Positions 20,794 to 31,744 of a stretch of DNA of 32,531 nucleotides are shown piece by piece. The notes under the pieces are model-generated. The model was not told the origin of the DNA. It was given only the letters and a program-made list of their open reading frames with translations, and made no database searches. The position numbers were made by a program, and so were the translations under genes. The stretch is from assembly GCA_032718475.1 (NCBI GenBank), contig JAUCBJ010001222.1, positions 1-32,531 of the forward strand. Direction: 5' to 3'. Position 1 is the stretch's first letter. Each line of letters starts with the position of its first letter. The DNA is from Nemertoderma westbladi. Taxonomy: Eukaryota; Animalia; Xenacoelomorpha.

Positions 20794-22119
20794 TATACGA
20801 AAGGCGTTTTAACAACACCGATTGGAGAATTTGTTACATTATATATTCCTATATATAAAATGTCGACTTGGATTATTTGTGGCGTATTTGTGACTTTAAA
20901 TGTTTATTTTTTCCTACCTTTGGCATTTCATCGACTTAAATTGACGAAATATAGTGGTGACAATGACAAAATGTATACATAAATAATGTAGAAATCATAG
21001 CCTGTTTAAGTGATCACTTTACTTGACTTAAAGTTGACGTACTTAACTTAGCATATTTGACTTCTTTTGGCAGAAGAATTTCAAGTCAAGTTTGTGTATG
21101 TCAAATCAAGTATGAGAATTGAATTATATCAACTGAAGGATGACAAAGCCAAATGGGGTATATTTCAAGTCAATGCAATGTCAAGTCAAGTATGTCAGGT
21201 AAAGTCAAGTCTCTGGCGATTGACTTTACGTATCATTGTTTACGTATCAATGTTTACGTATCATCGTTTTTTTACATAGGCCTACTACAGTATGTAATGT
21301 AACTTGTTGGTCGTCAAAACATAATTTTATTAACGTCTGAAATGAAATTGTATGTTCAATGTTCGCATGTTTACCTAACGCTAACAAAGCACGGATTAAG
21401 CTTACAAGGGGAATAAATGTGTGAAGAAAGGGGAAACTGAGTGACATGAGAGTTTATATCGTAAGTTCCCGTTTCATTCTTGCTGGTTGGTGGTATTTGC
21501 GCATCGATTTTCCCTTGAAGTAGGTTAAATATTTCTTGCGTATATCCCCCCCCCCCCTTCCCATTTGAAATTGTCAGGTTATATAGTGATATAGGGTTTT
21601 AATAAAACAAAATATATCAAACTTGGTTGTGAATTAATAATTAAATAATAAATAAACAGAAACACAGAATAATCGGAATGTATAGTAGGCCTACAGTAGT
21701 TTTGCACTACTGTATATACAGTAGGCTGATATCCTACTCAATACAACTACTCTACTTGTACAGTACTTGAAAGTCAGTAAAGTTTACCTACACTTAACAA
21801 TTTTTATTAATTATACTGTATAAAACTAACATACTGTGTTTTTTTAAAAGATCGTAAGTTTTGACGAATTTTTTCTTGACGAAAACGCTACTGTATACAC
21901 TCATTATTTTCATGCGCTTTACAAAGTATCTTCGAATGTGTACAGAACGTCAATATATATTTGGGAACGAAATCGCCACTGCATATGTAAACCGTTTTTA
22001 CATATTCAATGGGCGTAAAAGGTTCGTTATACATATATATATATATATATAGTTAGTTATGTAATTCTAGAATGCTTCGGCAATAACTACTGTAACATAG
22101 AGATATATTTTAATTACAG

Positions 22120-22239
22120 ATGGTACCACGGTGCTATCAGTCGGACTATCGCCGAAGCTCTACTAAAGGATCTCAAGGAGTGCAGTTACTTGGTGAGAGT
22201 CAGTGAGAGCGCGAAAAAAGATTTCTCGTTATCTCTCAA
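22120..22239 (+). CDS. SH2 domain exon 1 of the SHB/SHD/SHE/SHF-family adaptor
   Basis: Acceptor ttttaattacAG|, donor AA|GTAAGT. Encodes WYHGAISRTIAEALLKDLKECSYLVRVSESAKKDFSLSL(K), with the SH2 WYHG and YLVR motifs typical of the SHB family. Confidence 0.95.
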
Positions 22240-22699
22240 GTAAGTTACCTTAGTTGTAAAGATATTAGATATACCGTAATAATAAGCGATAAAAGTGTAT
22301 CCGGTGGTATTTCACCAGCTACACAGCAGTTATTCTTCAACCGTTTGATGGACTGCTGGCCATATTCTAGAACAACTTTGCGATACTATTTTATTGCCAA
22401 ACAATAATTTAGAACAATATTTGGAATCTTGTATGACCAGCTGCAGTGGTGTGCACTGCACACTGTTGTTTTATGTTTTAAAGCGATTGTTTACATAAAT
22501 GCGGTGCAACAGTCCAAATATTGAAAGTAAATACACATTTTGGCTTAAATTGAAAATAAAAATACAAATTTTGGCCAACATGTAGAGTAAGGACGGATGC
22601 CAAACACATTTCATGCTAATTCGTTACGGTCATCAAATATTTTAAATATATTTTTTGTGTAATTCAACTTATTATAAAAGATTGATTACCTAATTGCAG

Positions 22700-22877
22700 A
22701 AGTTGTCGCGGCTATATGCACATGAAGATAGTGTGGGCCCACGGCTCCTACGTTCTGGGACAGTTCAGTAAACCCTTCCCAACTATTCCCCACATGGTTC
22801 ATCATTACAGCCTAAACAAACTCAACATTAAAGGCGCAGAGAACATGGCTCTACTGTACCCAGTTAAATGCGACTGA
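22700..22877 (+). CDS. Terminal coding exon (SH2 C-terminal half) of the SHB/SHD/SHE/SHF-family adaptor
   Basis: Acceptor cctaattgcAG|, phase-compatible (AA|A). Encodes SCRGYMHMKIVWAHGSYVLGQFSKPFPTIPHMVHHYSLNKLNIKGAENMALLYPVKCD*, matching SHB-family GFMHMK..YVLGQ.S.PF..KL.IKGAEH..LLYPV. Confidence 0.95.
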
Positions 22878-23027
22878 TTGACTCGCCAACATTCCTAATT
22901 CATCATATTAATTTTCATTTAAATACAAAAAACTTTCCCCTCCAATATTTGGAGAAATTTAAATTATAATTTTACCTATTTTTTTTAGGTACATTATGTT
23001 CTTTGATTTATCATAACTAGTGTTATA

Positions 23028-23033
23028 AATAAA
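23028..23033 (+). terminator. Candidate polyadenylation signal of the SH2 gene
   Basis: AATAAA ~150 nt after the stop codon, followed by T-rich sequence. The AT-rich background lowers specificity. Confidence 0.45.
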
Positions 23034-23250
23034 ATTGAATTGATTAATTAAGGGATTTTCTTTTTATTTTATTAAATATTAACACGGGGGTGACGTAAAG
23101 GCTTGGGTAGCTCTATCAAAAATGGATACCATCTGGAAATCAGACGTCTCTCGTCACATAAAAACCAAGTCAGCAAACGCGAAAGGAATGAACTAACGCC
23201 TGAACTGTCTCCTTGAATGACTTACTACCAATCTACAACAAAAAACATTC

Positions 23251-23322
23251 ACCGGAATGTGGAATTGAACACGGTACCTAGAGATTCCAAGCCCCACGCT
23301 CTGTCAACTGAGCCACTGGGGC
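23251..23322 (-). mobile_element. tRNA-derived SINE head / pseudo-tRNA
   Basis: Minus strand GCCCCAGTGGCTCAGTTGACAGAGCG...GTGTTCAATTCC carries A and B boxes but stems are degenerate. Confidence 0.55.
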
Positions 23323-24153
23323 TTAAAATCTTGAAATCCTTCGAATGTTTTCCTGTGGTTTTATGAAATTCAAGTTATAATATTAAACTTGATCACAAAT
23401 GGGGCAATTATTGTCCTGTGACGGACGTTGGATGTGGCCCAAACAAACTAAACATTCATGTAGTCAAAAAACCATCGGTTCTCGAGTGATCACTAAACTA
23501 CACGCAAAGGACTTTGGGCGAGGTTAATTTTTTTAATTTACTTAAAACAGTCTAGTAAATATTTGGAAGTTTTAAATTCTTAGAAACAAGTAAAACTGAT
23601 CTTTTCGCGATCAAGATCTCGATCAGTTGATCCCCGAGAATTCAAATTTTTAACCAAAATGTTGGCTACCCAACTAATTCGATTGTGACGAATATTTTGT
23701 AATGTTTAAATTGTTCGATACGATCAATAATTCATATTATGTGTTGATCCAACATGATCTTTACTGATCGCGGTCAAGATGTTCGGACGTCTTTAAAAAT
23801 GACCAGCTATTAAATGTGAACTCATGATGCTTACATAATGGCACCGGTGTCGATTCCTACACAATGGTTTCTCGGATATGTGATTTATATAATCCGTTGA
23901 CTTATTTATTAGATAAATCAGATCTTCTGATCACGAAATTTAGGCGACCCTATCTCGAGAGCCGGTTGGCCTGAGTAAAGTGAACGGTCCAGTGAACGCT
24001 TATTTACAATGAAAGTTTTAAAACAAAATGATTAGATGGGATTGTATATTAACTACAGTAATTAGTGTGGTCACTGAATACTTTTGTTAAATGTTCTTAC
24101 CAACGGACACCATTGAGATGTGCGGAGTTTACCAAGTCTTAGAAGTTGCTAAA

Positions 24154-24310
24154 GTTCCACCTTGGTGTAGTGGTTGCCGCATTGAATTCACGTCTCTCCG
24201 GAGGTCGCGGGTTCGATCGTCGCTACGTGTAGTACTGCGAAGCGAACTGAGACGAAATTTAACTTGTTTCGCTTTCAGTTTCATGTCTAATAAACAAATC
24301 TATTTATTTT
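24154..24310 (+). mobile_element. tRNA-derived SINE sharing its head with the 8170/10017 SINE
   Basis: GTTCCACCTTGGTGTAGTGGTTG..CATTGAATTCAC..AGGTCGCGGGTTCGATC matches that head; the downstream body is unrelated. The 3' boundary is approximate. Confidence 0.7.
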
Positions 24311-25646
24311 AGTTCCCAAAAAGAAATAGTTTCATTTATAGTTTCTTAAATTTTTGCAAAATGTTAAACCCACGCAGTACAATGTGGTTCAATAATGTGA
24401 CCCATTAAGTTTTCAGAGTCTTCATGTAGCCACTTAATAAATAGTAGGTATGGATCCCTCGTTGACTCTGGGTTCATTGACTTTGTAAGTAAGAGTGATT
24501 GCTTCTTTTTCTCATAATTACTTTACAAAATTAAAAAAAAAACTGGTTGGACTGGTTCCCAGTTAGAGGCTAGGCAATAGCAAGCACGCCTTGGCATAAG
24601 GGAGCCTACAAGTATAATGAGGACTGACGGGGTATTTTAATAACTCAATTACGTTTAGATCAATTAATTAAAGACACATTTCTTAAAGCAAATAACTTGA
24701 ACTAATTAAAAACTATAATGGAATGGGGTATGGGGACTACAGCTGTATAATTTTTAAGTATGATTATTTAAATCTTATACTATAAATTTATTATAAATTA
24801 ATTTCCATTAAAAGTCATGTTGAAAATGCTGCTTTTTACCCTAATCAACATTAATTAATTAATTAATCATTAATTAATTAACTGAATTTATCTTACCTTC
24901 TCGAAGGCCACACGAAAATTCAACATGAAAATTTACAAACTTTTGCCAAACAACATGTGTACCAAGTTTGGATAGATTTCATTAAGATTTGTTATTAATG
25001 TTTAAAACTGAACACAACAGAACAACAGACACACCGATTGAATTACAGTAGTTGTACCTGTATGCTAAACTCGCTTATAGGTACGGTACATAACAATTTA
25101 CTAACAAATTCAACAAGTTAATAGCCCTACATAACAAGCTACCGTGGCCAATCAGACGTAGTGACTTTGAAAGTCACCTAGCGATGGATCCAACGCAATT
25201 TATTTAATTAATTTATTTTTATATTAATTTAACTTCTCATCTTACTTTCGATAGTTAATAATGAATTCAACCTAGGATTCACTTTCGCCTAGAAATTTTT
25301 TTACCGTAGAATAACGTAGACCAATTAGTTTTTTATATTATGTACGCATAAGCACCGAATTGCGATTGTAATGATTGTGATACTAATTATTTGGTTACAT
25401 TTTTTGAAAATTAGGACAATTTTTCAAAAAATAAGCTAAATATATGATAAAAAATTGAAATTCTAAAAACCAATTTGTCTACCTGAAAGCCCCTTAATTT
25501 CTGGTTGGAATGCAAGAACACTTGGCCTATAAAAGTAATCTGATGCGTTCTAAAATGCCACCGAGGCTTAATAGTGGTTTGTATGGATAAAATGCCTGGA
25601 CTACTACTCCTCCCAAGTAAATATCTCCATTTTCGAAAAAATTACA

Positions 25647-26811
25647 TACCACCATCCGGGGTGACTTGATTCACTTTTTACCTGTAAGGGGGAGGGGGGG
25701 GGGGGGGGGGGGGGGGTACGCCATTTTCGGACAACTCTTCGATTTATCACTCTCAGCGTTTCAAAATTGTTTGATTTTGGCTAAAATTTGGCATATAGGT
25801 GCCTAAGATGCTATTCTACATGACAGGTCAGAAATTTTTTTTTTTCGCTATTTAATATTAGTTAATACTAGTTAACAACAAAAAAACTTGGTTGCGCTTA
25901 AAACCCTAAGGCTTTTACAGTTTTGAACCTAATCACATGAAAGTTTTTTTATATGATAGATCAAAGATGGGGCAACATAACTATCAGGCGAAATTTTGTT
26001 AAAATAATTCTGCACCGCTAGGTGGCGCTGCAAATTTATTCTAATTTTTAGGTTTTTTATAAATAGTATTAAATTTTATTAACAAAAAATTTCGAAAAGT
26101 TGCCTGATACTTTTATGCAGGGTGGCTATTTAGACACCCACAGGAAGTTTCAGACTAATTACTCAAAAATTGTAGAAATAGTAGGGTTTTGAAGTCGACA
26201 ATTTCATGAAAAAAATATTTGGAGATAATCGACCTTTCATTATACATAGTAATAGTAATTTCAATAGGATTCCCTAAATGGAAATTTACATAACTTGAAA
26301 ACTAAAAGCTATTAAATAGCGGTTTTCAGATTTGTAAACACCATTCAATGGTGCATTATAATAGATCATAAAAAAATTCCGACATATTTTGGACCAAAAT
26401 GGTGCACCCCCCCCCCCCCCCCCCCCCTTAACTGTGAATATCTTTTGAAGTTTTTAACTAATGCACTTTTTAAGGTGCTTATAGTCTAGTCGTATAGTCT
26501 ACTGGTGTTTAAAAAAAAACCAGCTGTATCAAGTCACACAACAGACACAACATATTTAGTATTCCATCGGTGACATTTTGACATTGAAAAAATGTTTATT
26601 TTTGAAAAATGCATTCTTGGCTCTAATGATCACAAATGCAAAACAATGACAAAATTTATTTTACTATTTGACAGACAATTTATCCAGACTTCATCTAATA
26701 TTGCAATTTTTTATCATAAAATCAAGCAATCAACCACAATCCGTTAAAGAAAAAAGCATATCCTGCTGTATCAAGTCACCTCAATGTATCAAGTCTCACC
26801 GGATTACGGTA
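25647..26811. mobile_element. TA-flanked non-autonomous DNA transposon (Tc1/mariner-pogo-like MITE)
   Basis: TA-CCACCATCCGGGGTGACTTGATTCA vs TGTATCAAGTCTCACCGGATTACGG-TA, with subterminal TGTATCAAGTCAC repeats at ~26526 and ~26768. Confidence 0.65.
25684..26431. mobile_element. Nested MITE with poly-G/poly-C termini and TTAA-like flanks (Kolobok-like)
   Basis: GTAA-G(n)TACGCCATTTTCGGAC vs GGACCAAAATGGTGCAC(n)-TTAA. Confidence 0.55.
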
Positions 26812-27606
26812 ACCTTATTTTTTTGGAATCAGCGCGGTCGATTACGTGAAAAAATTCGAGCAGAATTTTTGTTTCGTACTTTTCATGGAAATTACCGCTA
26901 TTTTTCAAAATAATTTTCAAATTTTCATAATAAGCATTGTTTTTTTTTCGTAGAAAATGTTTAACAGATGAACAATTGCAAAACTATAAAAACTGCTCGA
27001 ATTTTATTATTGAGCACAGTCGAAGCTTTCAATTGATGCCAAAAACTTACCAATTGGCTGAAAAATGGCGGAGAAAACTATGTTAATATGTGAGAATGTA
27101 TGTCAATATATATATTTAGCACCACGAAACCACAATACCATGCTAAGATTTTTACCATGAGGTTTTCCTGGCCGCTGAATTCATTTCTGAGGTCAGATAT
27201 CACTTTTAATGAAATATAGTCAGTCTGTTTGTCGGTCTTTCTCTTGTCCGACAATATGTCCGTTAAATATAAATTTAATATTAATTATAATATTATTTTT
27301 TTAGACAGATAGTATGCTTTTTATTGACCTGACCAACAAACCGAACCGACAGTCAAACTGACAGGCAGCCATATCTCGATATCTCGAATAAAATACAAAG
27401 CATTATATTAACTGTTATTATATAATTCAGGATACTGCCATGTTTATGTTTAATCTACTTTATTTACAACAAAAACACTAACTGGTAATTTGTAAATGGT
27501 AGCCATGGTAATTAAATAAACAATTCACTATTATTTGTAGAAAACAAAGCGCAAATATAAAATATGGTGCAGTTGCCTGTATGTGTAAGTAGTTTATGGC
27601 TGGATG

Positions 27607-28488
27607 TCATAGGAAAGTTTGCGAGTCTTGCGAAACAGATGTTGGAAAAAAGCAATCAATTTCGTCGACCATCATATCGGTGGTCGCATTGCTTCCATTG
27701 GTGTCCTCGGGCTCGCCTTTATCGGGTTCCTCATTACGGTTACCGTAGACACCGACAGAGAGTTCCTCCACCCCGGGTGCTGGCAACAATAACGCCTCTG
27801 GCGGCCGCCACAGAACCATCTCCAGTCTGGGGGAACCGATAATCCGCGAGGCGATTGATTCGGGAATCACGTCGGGTTGGGGGGAGAAATTAACGTTGGG
27901 ATGGAGTCGGAGAGTGAGATCGCAACGGGATCGCAAGCTGTCCCAGTCCGTGTCACACTCCTGTTGAGTATCTACAGTATCAGATCTATGCTCAAGAGGT
28001 TGTACGCCGTTAAATTCTAATTCATCGAGGCTCAATGTTCTAAAATGCGATGCCATGCGGTTGTCTGTAACGTGGACTTTGTTTGTGGGTTCGGCGTCAA
28101 CCGGGGTATCTGTTTGTTTACGTTTGCGTTCGCTGGAAGTCCTACAAGAGGGAGAAGGGTGCAGGACTGGGGGAGATGAGGTGGCGGGGTTGAGAAAACA
28201 TTGGGGTGAAGATTGGAGGGTGCAGGGTGTAGCTAGTTGGGGGTGGAAGCCCCAGGGTTGGAATGGTGGTTGAATGAGGGTACCGGTACCAGATGAGATC
28301 GGGGGTAGGATGTAGTCAGTAGAGGATGGGGTGGAGGGGTGCAGGGTATAGTCTGTATATAATGGGTTGACAGGGTGGATGGAATTGGTAGAGGAAGGTG
28401 TTGGTGTTATGAGGTTGGAAGTACCGGTATTATTAGTGAGAGGGTGCGTAGTGATGAAATAAGGATCGGAGAATCTGATATGAGCCAT
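27607..28488 (-). CDS. Intronless HCFC1R1(HPIP)/CCDC117-like protein
   Basis: RKRK...NKVHVTDNRMASHFRTLSL resembles HPIP KQFLSEENMATHFSQLSL, and VIPESI...PRLEMVLWRPP resembles the CCDC117/HPIP (M)ELVLW.P motif. GC-rich 293-aa ORF; minus-strand AATAAA at 27459-27464. The true start is uncertain. Confidence 0.7.
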   Translation of the reverse strand: MAHIRFSDPYFITTHPLTNNTGTSNLITPTPSSTNSIHPVNPLYTDYTLHPSTPSSTDYILPPISSGTGTLIQPPFQPWGFHPQLATPCTLQSSPQCFLNPATSSPPVLHPSPSCRTSSERKRKQTDTPVDAEPTNKVHVTDNRMASHFRTLSLDELEFNGVQPLEHRSDTVDTQQECDTDWDSLRSRCDLTLRLHPNVNFSPQPDVIPESIASRIIGSPRLEMVLWRPPEALLLPAPGVEELSVGVYGNRNEEPDKGEPEDTNGSNATTDMMVDEIDCFFPTSVSQDSQTFL

Positions 28489-29459
28489 ACCGGTAGGCCT
28501 ACCGGTTGTGAAGGTGCGGTAGGCCTAGTCCTACCACAGTCAGTCTTAGCAGTAGCCCAGTAGGTAGTAACTGAGTACAGGAGTAGGCCAGTAGGCCTAA
28601 GTAAAAGTAAGCTGTAATCTCTGAACCGAATCCAATAATCAGCACCGGTATGTCAGTATGTACAGTGCACACACTATGTGTATCAGTAGTTCTTTCGCAG
28701 CAACCAGGCAACAGTAATCTAATCTAACCTTGCAGCCTTGGAGAACGTTAGAGTTCGTTCAGAAACCGGTATATTATTGTATATAGCCAGACTGCCAGAT
28801 AGCTGTATAACAAAGCAATACTGCAATAGGCCTACTACTGTGTACTACTAGCAGACTAGGCCCTACTACAACTACAGTACTACCCATCTGCCCGTGGTGG
28901 CGTGGTAGATGGGTCGTAATTATCGTAATTAAATTTATCGGGTTGCGCATTTGGAATAATTAAAGGACCGGGCCTATCCCGGATTGAAAAATTGAAATCG
29001 TGCGATAGTGATAGTCGAATAATATAATATGAAACAATCAGACAATACTGCAATAGCCCAATCTGCAATCCCACCAATGCTGCAATGGAACACTGAAACA
29101 GCAGAATTAGTAATGATCACTTTGCACTTCCGGCAGTCCGGGCTTTCAGATACCTGTACTGCTGTACTGCAATATCAACAGCAAGGCGTTTTCTTTTATT
29201 ACTTTGTTCATACGGTACCCTACACACATACTGACAGAAGGTATGGTTTTTTACAATATAACATTATTGGATACTGTCAACTGTACCTACTGAACATGAA
29301 CACACATTAATATTTATAAATAATATTTAAATTTATATTATTAATATTTTTTTAATCCCCACAAAGTACGGTGGCTGAATGTGGCCAATTTCATTAATTT
29401 TTAAAATTGGAAATATAAAAAGAAATTAATTAAATAAAATTCAATATAAAAATAAATTA

Positions 29460-29560
29460 ATGAAATATAATTAAACCAGAAAAAAATTCATGAAATATAA
29501 ATCAAACAGAAAAAAATTTATGTAATATTATTCAACCATAAAAAAAATTAATGAAATATA
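29460..29560. repeat. Degenerate 30-bp AT-rich tandem repeat (~3.3 units)
   Basis: ATGAAATATAA..AAC.AGAAAAAAATT recurs at 29460, 29490, 29520 and ~29551. Confidence 0.7.
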
Positions 29561-30149
29561 TAACTTATATCGGTTTTAATCAAAAGTTTGAAACTACTGG
29601 TTCACTGACAGACTAGGACTGGCTTATTTTTGACTAAACTTCAGATTATTTCTAAACTTTTGACGGACTACAGTACATACTGTACGTACGAAGTTTGGTT
29701 TAATTTCATCAAGGAATGACCGAGTTATTAGCGATCAAAAATTAGACGACGGCGGCAGAGAATTCGTTAATAGTACCCCTATATGATAAGGCTTAACTCA
29801 TTTCGTGGTTCGCCCCACACATTAAGTATCAAGTCAAGTTGTTTAATCACTTCTCAGATAAAGAAGTTCGCGTGTAATCGACACGAATAATCATAAATAA
29901 AAACTATAAACATATAAACTATAAACTACGGAATAATTACCAATTGAGGGAATAATGGTTGAAAATGGTTGCTGTGTTACGGTGATGGTAGTAATATCAT
30001 GAGTTTATTGTGTACCGAGCGAGCGCAGCGAGGGAGGGTTACATGTATAAGTGAAGTAAAAGATAACGATATACAGTACCCTACAATATAGTATCTGATC
30101 TATTAATTAATTGTTGATCTATTTGGTAAAAATCAATTTTGGCTCTTAA

Positions 30150-30630
30150 ACAGCAGTGTATCTAAAAGTGGTCAAACTCTACTGTGTATAGAATAATTTC
30201 GTTTTACTGTATATTTTGGCAGCTACCACATCCCACGATACTGTGTTGGGATACCGGGATGTCCATTCCTGGGGAGAGCTTTGAGTTTGGCTCCAAGAAC
30301 CCAAATGCTTATCTGCTCATTGGAGCAGTACTTTCTACTGTACAGAAGTGTTAGTCTTTTTGTAAACTCCAAGAAGACCAGTGGACCTTGACAGAAATGT
30401 CTGATCTTAAGGGCATAAACTCAAGAGATGGCTTGCTTTAGCACGCTTGCTTTCGCCGTGATCGCCTCCGCTTTGCAGGACATTGCTTTCGCCGTGAAGA
30501 CCTGCCAGTGCATAATCTTGTGCTTTGGCAGTCTCATGGAGTGAATAAGCGGTGGGCAGCCCATGACTTTCTTGAGACGCATCTTAAATGACACTGGCCT
30601 TGAAGATGCGGATGATCTAGAAAATGTCAG
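30150..30630 (+). mobile_element. Decayed RTE-clade non-LTR retrotransposon fragment (C-terminus of the RT ORF)
   Basis: From 30463: RLRFAGHCFRREDLPVHNLVLWQSHGVNKR, then a +1 shift to GQPMTFLRRILNDTGLEDADDLE, matching RTE-type RLRFAGHC.R....LLW....RGRP...DTGL. The upstream part is heavily degenerate, so the 5' boundary is approximate. Confidence 0.75.
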
Positions 30631-31158
30631 CTTTCATAATTTGAGTTTGAGTTTGGCAGGTGAAAATTCCTCCCAGTATTTTATGGGTAGCGTCTTGTCA
30701 TAAACTGTAGGCCTATTTTCCTTGTAGAGCTGACCTCGATGTTTGGTTGCGTGAAATGGAAAGTTCACTTCAGCTTTTACAGCAACTACCTTAGGACGCA
30801 GGAATAATATTTAAATAATATAGTTAATCCAGACAAATTCAAGTTCTGCACACATTTATTAATTAAATTCATTTTTAATATATAAATTATATTATAAAAT
30901 AATGACAAATGATATCATCCCAAATTATAAGAATTCCATTGACTAATCTACTAACATGGACCGAGCGGCTACTTTATAGTACAATAAATACAAAGTTGAT
31001 AAAATTCCATGGAATTCCAACCACTGATATAATGAATGCGATATGAGATATGAATGTTCGATGATGTAAGTAGATGTGATCCTGGCACAAACTGGTCCAA
31101 CATAAAAACAAAAAACCGTAAAAACCAGAAGAGAGTGAAATAAAGTGGAACTCCTGTG

Positions 31159-31201
31159 TCAGAGAGTTGTCATACCAGCACCAGCAATCTCTTGTAGAAT
31201 T
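31159..31201 (-). CDS. Terminal coding exon of the PCBP-like gene
   Basis: Acceptor ttttatattctAG|, phase-compatible (AG|A). Encodes (R)ILQEIAGAGMTTL*, similar to the PCBP3-type ending RLTSEVTGMGTL. Minus-strand AATAAA at 30855-30860. Confidence 0.78.
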
Positions 31202-31574
31202 CTAGAATATAAAATAATATATTAAATTGCAGTCGGATTTTAAAAATGTATATTATAATATAGTTATTTATCCTTTGCCCTTTATTAAACTTCAATGTCC
31301 GCATATGCGGGCAATAAAGTAATTATCCAATCAATCTTCCAAAATACGGATAATAAAATATTTATATTGTATAAATTTAATAATTGTATATATTTGTATT
31401 CATATTTTATAATCTGTAATAATTTGAAACCAGAAAGGGACTGATAAACGACAGTATACTTACTTGTCCGATCCCGCTCCACATTGAGCTGAGCATTATA
31501 TGTGTTAATGTATTAAAGTTATTAGACCAACCAAAACAAAAAGATATTGAATGATAAAGTTATTCAATATGTAC

Positions 31575-31744
31575 CTGTTGTTTATGAGTATGTTGGCGAC
31601 CTGTATGTTTTCTAGGTTACCGCTGATGGTGACTGCCCGCTCCATAGACCCCGGTTTGAGTTCTTCTATTTTAATGTGAGCTCCGGATTCTTTACGAATC
31701 TCGTTAATACGACAACCACCAACTCCAATTATACAACCGATTAT
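31575..31744 (-). CDS. Penultimate coding exon of a poly(rC)-binding protein (PCBP/hnRNP E/mub-like), third KH domain
   Basis: Acceptor tttctatttatttcAG|, donor AG|GTACAT. Encodes IIGCIIGVGGCRINEIRKESGAHIKIEELKPGSMERAVTISGNLENIQVANILINN(R), compare PCBP KH3 LIGCIIGRQG.KINEIRQMSGAQIKI. Confidence 0.9.

Larger units (their letters stand above)
18950..21215. mobile_element. Foldback-like composite element with long modular inverted arms
   Basis: (ACTTG)n-rich tract at 18950-19370 vs (CAAGT)n-rich tract at 21080-21215; exact 22-bp inverted match 19406-19427/20996-21017; near match 19361-19391/21057-21087; extra direct copy of the inner arm at ~19810-19900. Confidence 0.65.

Noticed and set aside
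27564-28711. Plus-strand and upstream short ORFs overlapping or adjoining the HCFC1R1-like gene
   Set aside because: They are antisense shadows or short GC-rich frames with no recognisable motifs.
30004-30046. Helentron/HINE-like terminal hairpin (TGTACCGAGCGAGCGCAGCGAGGGAGGGTTACA)
   Set aside because: Resemblance only; no partner end or second copy in the window supports a call.
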